Source: Lacunisphaera sp.
GTDB lineage: Bacteria; Verrucomicrobiota; Verrucomicrobiia; Opitutales; Opitutaceae
Length of the DNA: 32,000 nucleotides
Assembly (NCBI GenBank): GCA_035549095.1
Contig: DASZRV010000071.1
Location: 8,856 to 40,855, forward strand
Reading direction: 5' to 3'
The stretch's first letter is position 1. Every line of letters begins with the position of its first letter. The position numbers were made by a program, and so were the translations under genes. A model generated the notes under the pieces. The model was not told the DNA's origin. It worked only from the letters and a program-made list of their open reading frames with translations, and searched no databases. Shown one piece after another: positions 15,381 to 23,198 of this stretch.

Positions 15381-15450
15381 CACAGAGGACGCAGGGCTCA
15401 CGGAGGTCGCTTCAGTTCTTTCTCGGTGTTCTCCGCGATCCCTGTGTTAA
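15377..15450. repeat. 74-nt imperfect hairpin element between the aminopeptidase and the fourth gene
   Basis: TTAACACAG at 15377-15385 pairs with CTGTGTTAA at 15442-15450. CAGGGCTCACGGAG at 15392-15405 pairs with CTCCGCGATCCCTG at 15431-15444 (12 of 14). This is the 'cacagagga' style of repeat. Confidence 0.55.
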
Positions 15451-15454
15451 CGAA

Positions 15455-16669
15455 ATGATCCCCGCGATCCGCCAGCGCTACAATGCCGCGTTCACCGCGG
15501 AGCGCTATGCGGCGTTTCTGCGCGAGCTGAACCGCGCCATGTACTGGCCGGTCGACTTCCGCGTGGCGGAGTCGCCGCTGTTTCTCGACGAAGCAGTCGC
15601 GCGCGCACTGGTCCACGCCGCCGAGGACATCGTCCGGCAGCTGGCGACGCCGGCGTTCCGGACACATGCGGCGAACGCCATCCCAGCCGGGCTGGCGGTG
15701 CCGCATGAAACCGAATGGCCGCATTTCCTCGCCATCGACTTTGCGCTTGGCCGCGACGCTTCCGGCGCCGTCGTGCCGCGACTCATCGAGCTGCAGGGCT
15801 TCCCCACCGTCGCCTGCTGGCAGGCACTCCTCACCTCGACGTATCGGAAGCATTTCCCGGAGATTCCGACGGAGTTCACGCCCTACTTCCACGGCCTCGA
15901 TGAGGAACTCTATCTCGAGGAACTCCGTCGCGCCATCACCGGCGATTGCCTGCCGGAGAACGTCGTCCTGCTTGAGATCGCACCCGAGAAGCAGAAGACG
16001 CGCATCGATTTCGCGTGCACGCATGCCTTCCTCAATGTCCGGCCCATGTGCGTGACGAAGGTGTTCAAGCGCGGCCGCCAGCTCTTCTATCCATCCGGCG
16101 GCCGCGAGGTCCGCATCGAGCGCATCTACAATCGCGTGATCTTCGACGAGCTGCTGCGCGTGAAGCCGCCGATGCGGTTCAGCTTTTTCGAGGAGCTCGA
16201 TGTCGAGTGGGCCGGGCACCCGAACTGGTACTTCCGCATCAGCAAGCACACCCTGCCGTTCCTCCACGGCCCCGCCGTGCCGGAATGCCGCTTCGCTTCG
16301 GATTTTGGCGCGGGCGGCGCTTTGCGCCCCAACGCCTTTCCGACCGACTTGGAGAATTATGTGCTGAAGCCGCTGTACTCCTTCGCCGGCCTTGGCGTCG
16401 ACATTGCACCGACGCGCGAAAAGCTCGCCGCCCTCGAAAAGCCCGCCGAGTGGCTCCTGCAGCGCAAGGTCGACTATGCGCCGGTGATGGAAACGCCGGA
16501 TGGGCCGGCGAAGGCCGAGGTGCGGCTCATTCTCGTGGGCGACGGCTCAGCCCCGCCTCGCCTCGTCAACCAGCTCGTGCGGCTGACCAAAGGCGCGATG
16601 CACGGCGTCGATTTCAACAAAGGCCGCACGTGGGTCGGCGCGAGCGCTGGGTTCCATCCGCCGTTGTGA
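15455..16669 (+). CDS. Uncharacterised protein, possibly a glutathionylspermidine-synthase-like (pre-ATP-grasp/ATP-grasp) amide ligase
   Basis: The 404-aa ORF starts at MIPAIRQRYN. Its motif order is IDFALGRD...RLIELQGFPT, RIERIYNRVIFDEL, GHPNWYFRISKHTLPFL, YVLKPLYSFAGLGVDI. This parallels the YgiC/YjfC/GspS layout (LLE.N.dtPt ... LYPWE ... EP.W..I.SNKALLPLLW ... YV.KP..GREG). Coding status is good from GC3 bias. The function is inference. Confidence 0.6.
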   Translation: MIPAIRQRYNAAFTAERYAAFLRELNRAMYWPVDFRVAESPLFLDEAVARALVHAAEDIVRQLATPAFRTHAANAIPAGLAVPHETEWPHFLAIDFALGRDASGAVVPRLIELQGFPTVACWQALLTSTYRKHFPEIPTEFTPYFHGLDEELYLEELRRAITGDCLPENVVLLEIAPEKQKTRIDFACTHAFLNVRPMCVTKVFKRGRQLFYPSGGREVRIERIYNRVIFDELLRVKPPMRFSFFEELDVEWAGHPNWYFRISKHTLPFLHGPAVPECRFASDFGAGGALRPNAFPTDLENYVLKPLYSFAGLGVDIAPTREKLAALEKPAEWLLQRKVDYAPVMETPDGPAKAEVRLILVGDGSAPPRLVNQLVRLTKGAMHGVDFNKGRTWVGASAGFHPPL

Positions 16670-16724
16670 CGGTCAACCTCACCCGTGGACGCTTGGTGCC
16701 CCGGCGCCCGCGCCTTCCCTCCGT

Positions 16725-17384
16725 TCAGTAGCTAAAATTCAGGCCGAGGCGGTAATTCCAGCTGTGATGATCCTGGCGCTCGATGCCGCCCTGAATCGCC
16801 GTCCGATCATTCAGCCAGAAATTGGCCGCGGCGCCGTAATGCCAGCGGTCGCCATCCGGGAAGCTGGTGACGTCCTCGTAACGCACATAGGGCGCCACGC
16901 TGACGCCGGCGGTCATGGGCACCTCGACGCCGACGGCCGCCTCCCAGGCGAAGCTGTTGTCCTTGAAGCCGCCCGGGGCGCGGCCCCAGTTCCAGCCGAA
17001 GCCGAGTTCGCCGTAGGGTTTCAGGCCCTGGTACTCCTGATAGTAACGCGCGCCAAAGCCAACGGCCAGTTCACGGAGCCGGCCACCGCCGCTGAATTGC
17101 GTCGACCACGCCTCGGATACTGCCGCAAACGTGTCGAGTCCCGGCTCGACGGCGCGGTTGTACTCGAATCCGAGCTTGTGCAGGTCGGCCGCGGTGCGGT
17201 CGAGGTCGCCGAAGGTGTAGTCGAAGCTCGCGTACGTATGCCCGAGCAGGCCGGTGTCGCGATATGTTGCCACCGGGTGATCGGAGGCCGTGGCCGTGAC
17301 AACGGGAACGTCGGCGCGCGCGACGGCGGTCAGCCCGAGGGCCGCCGCGAGCAACATGCATGGGGTGCGAGGTAGTGTTTTCAT
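16725..17384 (-). CDS. Outer-membrane beta-barrel protein (OmpA-like/OMP_b-brl family)
   Basis: The sequence starts MKTLPRTPCMLLAAALGLTAVARA (signal peptide). Alternating amphipathic strands follow, and the C-terminus is ...YRLGLNFSY (aromatic end). It is a paralog of the next gene. Confidence 0.75.
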   Translation of the reverse strand: MKTLPRTPCMLLAAALGLTAVARADVPVVTATASDHPVATYRDTGLLGHTYASFDYTFGDLDRTAADLHKLGFEYNRAVEPGLDTFAAVSEAWSTQFSGGGRLRELAVGFGARYYQEYQGLKPYGELGFGWNWGRAPGGFKDNSFAWEAAVGVEVPMTAGVSVAPYVRYEDVTSFPDGDRWHYGAAANFWLNDRTAIQGGIERQDHHSWNYRLGLNFSY

Positions 17385-17600
17385 CGTGGTTTGTTGGTTG
17401 GTGGTGAGCCGCGCGGTCGCTGGACCGCGCGGTTCGACCAGTTCACGAAAGCAACTCGCCGCGACGGTTCCCAGCGCAGCCATGCGCCGGCCCGTCTTTC
17501 AGGAATTTTTTCCGGGCGCTTCACCGATTCCTTACATCCGCGGAGGCCGCCTGTGAAATAAAAGTGAACCCCGGGCGGCCTCGTGCCCACATGATGCGAA

Positions 17601-17632
17601 GAAGCCGCGGCGCACCCCTGCACCGCGGCTTC
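17601..17632 (-). terminator. Hairpin downstream of the second OMP gene (weak U tract)
   Basis: The stem is GAAGCCGCGG (17601-17610) / CCGCGGCTTC (17623-17632), 10 bp perfect. On the minus-strand transcript it is followed by TTCGCATCAT, which is only weakly T-rich. Confidence 0.35.
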
Positions 17633-17658
17633 ACTACTGCATCGCTACTAACGGAAAA

Positions 17659-18309
17659 TCAGAAGCGGTAATTAAATCCGACCTTGTAGCCCATGTCCTG
17701 GCTGTCGTTGCGATCGAGCTGCGCAGACACGGCCCATTGGTGCGTGAGCCAGTAGTTTGCCTTCACGCCGTAGGTGAAGAGGTCCTTGTCGCCGTAGCCA
17801 TCCATGCGCTCATAGCGCGCGAAGGGCGTGACGGTGAGGTTCGGCGCCGCCTGGAATTCGATGCCCGCGCCGCCGATCCAAGCGAACGAGTGATCGCGGA
17901 TGCCGGCGGGCAGGCGGATCCAGTCGTAGCCGATGCCGGCTTCCGCATAGGGCCGGCCCCAGGACCAGCCGGTGCTGAACACGCGCAGCGCACCGGAGAG
18001 GAATTGTTCGCGCGCGCGATCGCCGGCGAACAATCCGGTTTGCGTCCAGTCGTAATTGAAGACCGCGTCGAAGCCGGGATTCAGCGCCTGGTTGTATTCG
18101 AAACCATAGCGGTCGGCGTTGACGGGTGAACTGTCGAGGCGGAGATAACTGTAGCTGAGCCCGGCGTAGGTCTGGCCGAGCAGGCCGCCGGAGCTTTCCG
18201 GCGCAGCCGCAGGATTCGTCGGCTCCTCGGCCGCAGGGGCGGCGGCCGCGAGGCCGAACGTGGCCGCGGCAACGAGAAGACAAGCCTTGAGGGAGTTTTT
18301 GTGGTTCAT
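17659..18309 (-). CDS. Outer-membrane beta-barrel protein, paralog of 16725..17384
   Basis: The sequence starts MNHKNSLKACLLVAAATFGLAAAAPA (signal peptide). It shares the blocks GLLGQTYAG.SYSY..LD, YGFEYNQALNPGFD, FAW..G.G.E and ARYE with the neighbour. The C-terminus is ...KVGFNYRF. Confidence 0.75.
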   Translation of the reverse strand: MNHKNSLKACLLVAAATFGLAAAAPAAEEPTNPAAAPESSGGLLGQTYAGLSYSYLRLDSSPVNADRYGFEYNQALNPGFDAVFNYDWTQTGLFAGDRAREQFLSGALRVFSTGWSWGRPYAEAGIGYDWIRLPAGIRDHSFAWIGGAGIEFQAAPNLTVTPFARYERMDGYGDKDLFTYGVKANYWLTHQWAVSAQLDRNDSQDMGYKVGFNYRF

Positions 18310-18462
18310 GTTTTTCTTGGTTTGCCGCGCGACCGTGCGATGCGTCGGGCGGCAGGCTCCTGAAACAGGATCCGGCTCCTGGAGTTCCGCCGCCCAAAGG
18401 CTTCGTGCGGAAAAAGTTTCATCCCGGGAACCGCCGATTTGATTCGTTGTCGCCCGGGCGCG

Positions 18463-18491
18463 GGTGGAGCCCGCACTCCGTGCGGACTGAA
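18463..18491 (+). repeat. REP-like hairpin unit, GGAG-head family; near-identical inverted copy at 24189-24217
   Basis: The sequence is GGTGGAGCCCGCACTCCGTGCGGACTGAA. The reverse complement of 24189-24217 is GGTGGAGCCCGCACTCCGTGCGGGCTGAA, 28 of 29 identical. Confidence 0.65.
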
Positions 18492-18583
18492 CCTGCAGCG
18501 AGCACAGTTGCCACCACGTTAGGACACGGCTCCGTCGACCGGTCGCTTGCGATCCAGTCGCTTCCGATTAGGCTGGCCGTCCC

Positions 18584-19108
18584 ATGAAACTTCCACGCTC
18601 CGTTGTGCTCATGCTCTCCGCCCTGCTGGCTTTCTTCGCCCGGGCTTCCGCCGATCCCGTCAAGGCCGGCGATCCCGCGCCCGTCGTCTCCGGTGTCACC
18701 GACTCCGGCGCCACCCTCAACCTCGGCGAGGTCTACAAGCAGCAGCCGTTCACGCTCGTTTATTTCTATCCGAAGGCCGACACGCCCGGCTGCACGAAGC
18801 AGGGCTGCTCGCTGCGCGACGGTTATGAGGCGCTGACCAAGAAGGGCGTCGCCGTGATCGGCGTCAGCCATGACGACGTCGCCGCGCAAAAGGCCTTCAA
18901 GGAAAAGTATCACCTGCCGTTCACGCTGATCGCCGACCACGACAAGACCGTGAGCAATGCGTTCGGCGTCCCGGATTACCCGACGACGTCGCTCGCCCAT
19001 CGCTCGGCCTACCTCATCAAGGACGGCAAGATTGTGTACACCGATTACAAGGGCACGACGGACCAGCAGGCCGCGGTCATCCTGGCGGAGTTGGAAAAGC
19101 TGCAGTAA
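18584..19108 (+). CDS. bcp: Secreted thiol peroxidase / peroxiredoxin, Bcp type
   Basis: The 174-aa ORF has a signal peptide (MKLPRSVVLMLSALLAFFARASA). It contains FTLVYFYPKADTPGCTKQGCSLRD, with the C-x4-C Bcp active site. Confidence 0.9.
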   Translation: MKLPRSVVLMLSALLAFFARASADPVKAGDPAPVVSGVTDSGATLNLGEVYKQQPFTLVYFYPKADTPGCTKQGCSLRDGYEALTKKGVAVIGVSHDDVAAQKAFKEKYHLPFTLIADHDKTVSNAFGVPDYPTTSLAHRSAYLIKDGKIVYTDYKGTTDQQAAVILAELEKLQ

Positions 19109-19132
19109 GCCCGCAGGCAATTCCAGTCTTTC

Positions 19133-19164
19133 GGGGCGCAGCCACGCTGCGCCCCTTTTTCTTT
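19133..19164 (+). terminator. Rho-independent terminator after bcp
   Basis: The stem is GGGGCGCAG (19133-19141) / CTGCGCCCC (19147-19155), followed by TTTTTCTTT. Confidence 0.8.
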
Positions 19165-19168
19165 CGCT

Positions 19169-19247
19169 GGATTCTTCGCTGCGGTCGGAATGACAGTCGC
19201 GAAACTTGATACCCGATCCGTGTCATTCTGAGCCTGGCGAAGAATCC
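19169..19247. repeat. 79-nt symmetric hairpin element ('gtcattctgagc...gcgaagaatcc' type)
   Basis: GGATTCTTCGC at 19169-19179 pairs with GCGAAGAATCC at 19237-19247. GAATGACA at 19188-19195 pairs with TGTCATTC at 19221-19228. The two arms carry matching 8-nt internal bulges. Confidence 0.55.
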
Positions 19248-19361
19248 AGATTGCAGCCGCGCTGGAGCAAAGCGACAGCGTGGCTTACCTTCCGGTCACG
19301 CTTTCGCCTTCGGCTCAAACCCGGCTACCCAAAGCTGCTCGGGCCGGGACGCAGAGCCCGC

Positions 19362-20294
19362 CTACAATTCGCTGTCATCCACCGGGGCCATCGCCTCGGC
19401 CCGCGGATCGAGCCGCGCGCGCTCGATCCAGTCGCGGAACAACGCCAGCGGGGCCAGCAGCTCCGGCGTCAACGGTGCCGCCACGAGGTCGATGATCCGC
19501 CAGGCGCCGGTGTCGTCGACGACCACGTTGCGATCGTGCGTGTCGGCGACGAGCCACGGTTTGCCGTCGAGAAAGGCCAGGCGCGGGTGGTCGCGGTCGG
19601 CCCGCAGGAAGCGCGAGGGAATCGGGATCAGCCGCTCCGGGTCGAGTCCCGACACATCCGTCTTTTCCGGCAGCAGCCGCCCGTAGGTCTGCTTCGCGAC
19701 CACGATGCCCTCCGGCGTGATGCCGGCGATCTCGGTGGGAATGCCAAAGGTGTGTGTGAGCTGAAGCTTTTGGAACAGCATCCGGTAGCTGCCGGGCACG
19801 GCGGTGGCCTGCAGCAGGTCGCCCTCGCCGCGGCGAAACGCAAACGTCGCGCCGACCTCGCCTCCCTCGCGGAACAGGAAGAATTTGTAGACCGATTGCG
19901 CGGGGTCGGCGAACGCCAAAGCCTCGACGCCGCCGCCGATCCGGCGCAGCCGGGCCGTGTTGGCCTCGAAGGGATCATCCGTATCGGTGTCGAAACCGAA
20001 GGCGGCGAACGGCACCAGCGGCAGCCACCGACGAAACCCGCGGATCGCCTCGCCCAGGGCGGCCCATTCGCCGCCAGCGCCCTCCAGCAGGCTTACTTCG
20101 TCTTCCGCGAGGCGGACGATATCGAGGTCTTTATCTGTTCCGAGGCCGCATTGCCGCGCCGCTTCGACCAGCTGATCGAGCGCCCGAAGTCGTTGCCGGT
20201 GACCGTCCAGAACAGCGGCCCATCCTTCCGGGCCCGGGAGGCGGGAGCCGGCGAGGTGGCTGGGGTGTCCGGTGAACGGGTCGGCTTCTTGCAT
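19362..20294 (-). CDS. Hypothetical protein (310 aa), possible kinase-like C-terminal motif
   Basis: GC3 bias on the minus strand is strong. The antisense 371-aa ORF is R-rich junk. The ATG is at 20294-20292 (MQEADPF...). The C-terminal string LVADTHDRNVVVDDTGAWRIIDL has D-x-H-x-x-N followed by I-D, reminiscent of HipA-type/protein-kinase-like catalytic loops. The function is not established. Confidence 0.6.
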   Translation of the reverse strand: MQEADPFTGHPSHLAGSRLPGPEGWAAVLDGHRQRLRALDQLVEAARQCGLGTDKDLDIVRLAEDEVSLLEGAGGEWAALGEAIRGFRRWLPLVPFAAFGFDTDTDDPFEANTARLRRIGGGVEALAFADPAQSVYKFFLFREGGEVGATFAFRRGEGDLLQATAVPGSYRMLFQKLQLTHTFGIPTEIAGITPEGIVVAKQTYGRLLPEKTDVSGLDPERLIPIPSRFLRADRDHPRLAFLDGKPWLVADTHDRNVVVDDTGAWRIIDLVAAPLTPELLAPLALFRDWIERARLDPRAEAMAPVDDSEL

Positions 20295-20489
20295 GGCTCG
20301 GCCATGCGCCCAAGCTCGTGACCGCCGCGCCCGGACGCAAAGACTTTCTGTCCGCAGGTTGTTCACCACGGAATTTCATGGCGAGAAAGTAACCGGACCA
20401 AGCTTGCGGCGACCCGTTTTACGGGAAAACCTCTCGCTTGACACCCGCCGGCCAACTCGGCGACTTTGGCCCTCTTTTTCCTGTCATCC

Positions 20490-20627
20490 ATGCAACCTAC
20501 ATTCCGCCCCCATCGCAAGAAACGCGCGCGCAAGATCGGTTTCCGCGCCCGCAAGGCCACCCGCGGTGGCCGCAAAGTCCTCGCCGCCCGCCGTCGCAAG
20601 GGCCGCAAACGCCTGACGGTTGTCTGA
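20490..20627 (+). CDS. rpmH: 50S ribosomal protein L34
   Basis: Manual translation gives [45 protein letters not shown] (45 aa). It is too short for the ORF track. It is followed by rnpA, as in most bacteria. Confidence 0.9.
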   Translation: MQPTFRPHRKKRARKIGFRARKATRGGRKVLAARRRKGRKRLTVV

Positions 20628-20628
20628 G

Positions 20629-20994
20629 ATGCGTTTCGGCGCCCGGCAACGCTTGCGGCGCAACGACGACTTCCGCGCCGTCCGTGAGCAGGGCCGCCGC
20701 ATCGATTGCGGGGCCTTCCTGCTGACTTGGCGCGTGCGTCCCGCCGAGAGCCCCGCCGCCCCCGCCCGCGTGGGCGTGGTCGCCTCCCGTGCCGCCGTCG
20801 GCGGCGCCGTCCAGCGCAACCGCGCCAAGCGCCGCCTGCGCGAGGTTTTCCGCCGGCATCAAGCCACGGTTCCTGCCGGCACCGACCTGATCCTCACCGC
20901 CCGGTCCGCCCTCCTCAACCTGGAGTTCACCGAACTGGAGCGTCGCTTTCTCCACGCCTGCGGCAAACTGGCCGCTCCCGCCGCCCGTGCCTGA
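20629..20994 (+). CDS. rnpA: Ribonuclease P protein component
   Basis: The sequence contains [24 protein letters not shown]...[13 protein letters not shown], the RNR motif region. It starts 1 nt after the rpmH stop. I prefer the ATG at 20629 over the TTG at 20620. Confidence 0.85.
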   Translation: MRFGARQRLRRNDDFRAVREQGRRIDCGAFLLTWRVRPAESPAAPARVGVVASRAAVGGAVQRNRAKRRLREVFRRHQATVPAGTDLILTARSALLNLEFTELERRFLHACGKLAAPAARA

Positions 20995-21292
20995 CCTCGT
21001 CGCCAGCCTGCTCCGCCTTCCCGCCCGGCTCGCGAGCGGCCTCATCTGGATTTACCAACGCACGCTCTCGCCGCTGCTCGTGGCCATCAGCCCGAATAGC
21101 GGCTGCCGGTTCAGCCCGACGTGCTCCTGTTATGCGCGCGAGGCGCTCGCTGAGCACGGCTTGGTTTACGGCCTCTGGCTGACGGTCCGCCGCCTCGTCA
21201 AATGCGGGCCGTGGCATCCCGGCGGCGAAGACCCGGTGCCGCGCAAATACGCCTGCGTGCGTCATTCCACTCCCGTCGCGCCGTCCGCGTAA
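20987..21292 (+). CDS. yidD: Membrane protein insertion efficiency factor YidD
   Basis: The sequence contains [13 protein letters not shown]...[17 protein letters not shown]...G..L...R..KC.PWHPGG.DPVP. The GTG start overlaps the rnpA stop by 8 nt. Confidence 0.85.
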   Translation: MPDLVASLLRLPARLASGLIWIYQRTLSPLLVAISPNSGCRFSPTCSCYAREALAEHGLVYGLWLTVRRLVKCGPWHPGGEDPVPRKYACVRHSTPVAPSA

Positions 21293-21319
21293 GCCGGCCC
21301 GATTCCGCATTCCCTTTTC

Positions 21320-23125
21320 ATGGATAAGAAGAACCTAGCCATTGGCGTCCTGCTCGTGCTCGGAGCGGTGGTCTGCCTCTATTTCGGGATCAAGCTCGCG
21401 CCGCCCCGCGCGCCCGTCCCGCCGCCGGCCCATGTCCAGGCCGCGGCCCCCGTCACGCCGGCGCCCGGCCTGACCCAGCCGGCTGCGACCACTCCCGCCG
21501 CCACCCAGCCGACCGCCTCGACCGCCGCCTCGCCGGCCGCGGCGACCACGCCCGCCGAATACGTCACGTTGTCGAACGATTTCATCATCGTGCGCTTCAC
21601 CAACCACGGTGGCGCCATCGACCGCGTGGGCCTCAAGAAATATCCCGCGGTCCAGGGCCAACCCGAACCCTACTTGCTCAATGCCGAGCAGGCCGCGCCC
21701 GCCCTCAGCTTGTCCGACTTCCCCGGCGCCGACAACCACACGGCCTACCAGCTGGTCTCGCAGACGGCCACCGAGGTCGTGTACCGCGCCACCACCGCCG
21801 ACCTCGAGATCACGCGCCGCTACTCGCTCGCGCCCGCCGCGGATCGCGACCATTACCAGATCCGGCACGAGACGACGTTTCGCAACCTGACCGCCAAGCC
21901 GCTGCCGCTGCCGCGAACCGTGCTCAACATCGGCACGGCGGCGCCGCTCAACGAGCACGACTTCGGCCAATACCTCTTCGCCGGCTACTCCGATGGCAAG
22001 GACGCCACCTTCGTCCGCCGCAGCGAACTGGAAGGCGGCGGCCTGCTGGCCATGGTCGGGATGAAGGACGGCACGCCGCCGCCCTTCCTGCAGTACACCA
22101 CCGAGCTCGCCTGGGCCACCGTGAAGAACCAGTTCTTCGCGATGATCCTGACGCCGGATCAGCACGGCATCGGCGTCCACATCGAGCGCATCAAGCTCGA
22201 TCCCGCCGCGCCCGACACCGAGCGGAAGGCGTACGGCGTGACGGGCTACGCGCAATTCGAAATGAAACCGCTGTCCGCCGGCGGCTCCGAGACCCTCGGC
22301 GCGAACTATTTCGCCGGCCCGAAAGAATACAAGCGCCTGGCGAACACCGACCACTTCAAGCACAACGAGGCGAAGGTCATGCAGTTCGACTCGTCGTTCT
22401 ACTACAAGATCTTCTTCACCGGCCTCGTCGCCCCGCTGTTGCTGACGATCATGACCTGGATCCATTCGGGCGTCCACAACTGGGGCTGGTCGATCGTCCT
22501 CACCACGCTGTTCCTGAAAACGGTCTTCCTGCCGTTCACGCTCGCCGCCTCCCGCTCGGCCAAGCGCATGGCCAAGCTCAACCCGATCATGGCGGCGATG
22601 CGGGAGAAATACAAAGACCACCCGCAGAAACTCCAGACCGAGACGCTGCGCCTGTTCAAGGAGCACAAGGTCAACCCGCTGGGCGGCTGCCTGCCGATCC
22701 TCATCACGATTCCATTCTTCATCGGCTTCTTCTGCATGCTGCAGAGTGCCTCCGAGCTGCGCTTCGCCTCGTTCCTGTGGGCGCGCGACCTTTCCGCGCC
22801 CGACACCGTCGCACACCTGTTCGGTTTCCCGATCAACATCATGCCGGTCCTGATGGGCGCGACGTCCATCATCCAGATGCGGCTCACGCCCACGCCGACG
22901 ACCGACAATGCCCAGGCCACCATGATGAGGCTGATGCCGTGGATGATGATGATCTTCTTCTACCAGTTCGCCGCGGGCCTCGCGCTCTACTCGACGATCA
23001 ACGGCCTGTTCACGATCGGCCAGCAACTCATCATCAACCGCATGCCCGAGCCGCAGCTGCACAATGCGCCGGCCGCCGAGCCGGGCGTGAAGAACGTGAC
23101 GCCGAAGAAAGGCGGCAAGCGATAA
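21320..23125 (+). CDS. yidC: Membrane protein insertase YidC
   Basis: The 601-aa ORF has an N-terminal TM segment, a P/A/T-rich linker and a periplasmic domain. The conserved C-terminal core contains WGWSIVLTTLFLK...KLNPIMAAMREKYKD...KVNPLGGCLPILI. Confidence 0.95.
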   Translation: MDKKNLAIGVLLVLGAVVCLYFGIKLAPPRAPVPPPAHVQAAAPVTPAPGLTQPAATTPAATQPTASTAASPAAATTPAEYVTLSNDFIIVRFTNHGGAIDRVGLKKYPAVQGQPEPYLLNAEQAAPALSLSDFPGADNHTAYQLVSQTATEVVYRATTADLEITRRYSLAPAADRDHYQIRHETTFRNLTAKPLPLPRTVLNIGTAAPLNEHDFGQYLFAGYSDGKDATFVRRSELEGGGLLAMVGMKDGTPPPFLQYTTELAWATVKNQFFAMILTPDQHGIGVHIERIKLDPAAPDTERKAYGVTGYAQFEMKPLSAGGSETLGANYFAGPKEYKRLANTDHFKHNEAKVMQFDSSFYYKIFFTGLVAPLLLTIMTWIHSGVHNWGWSIVLTTLFLKTVFLPFTLAASRSAKRMAKLNPIMAAMREKYKDHPQKLQTETLRLFKEHKVNPLGGCLPILITIPFFIGFFCMLQSASELRFASFLWARDLSAPDTVAHLFGFPINIMPVLMGATSIIQMRLTPTPTTDNAQATMMRLMPWMMMIFFYQFAAGLALYSTINGLFTIGQQLIINRMPEPQLHNAPAAEPGVKNVTPKKGGKR

Positions 23126-23198
23126 GCGGTAAGCTTTAAGCCTGATCCCCGCTTTTCCTGCGTACAGCTTATCGCCCAAAGCCAGCGGCTCCCCTCCC

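Noticed and set aside
19206-20321. A 371-aa plus-strand ORF opposite the orphan gene.
   Set aside because: Third-position G/C bias clearly favours the minus-strand frame. The plus frame starts inside the 19169-19247 hairpin element and is Arg-rich with no motifs.
20438-20466. TTGACA at 20438-20443 upstream of rpmH, considered as a promoter -35.
   Set aside because: No acceptable -10 hexamer lies at 16-18 nt spacing (CGACTT). This is too weak to annotate without transcription-start data.
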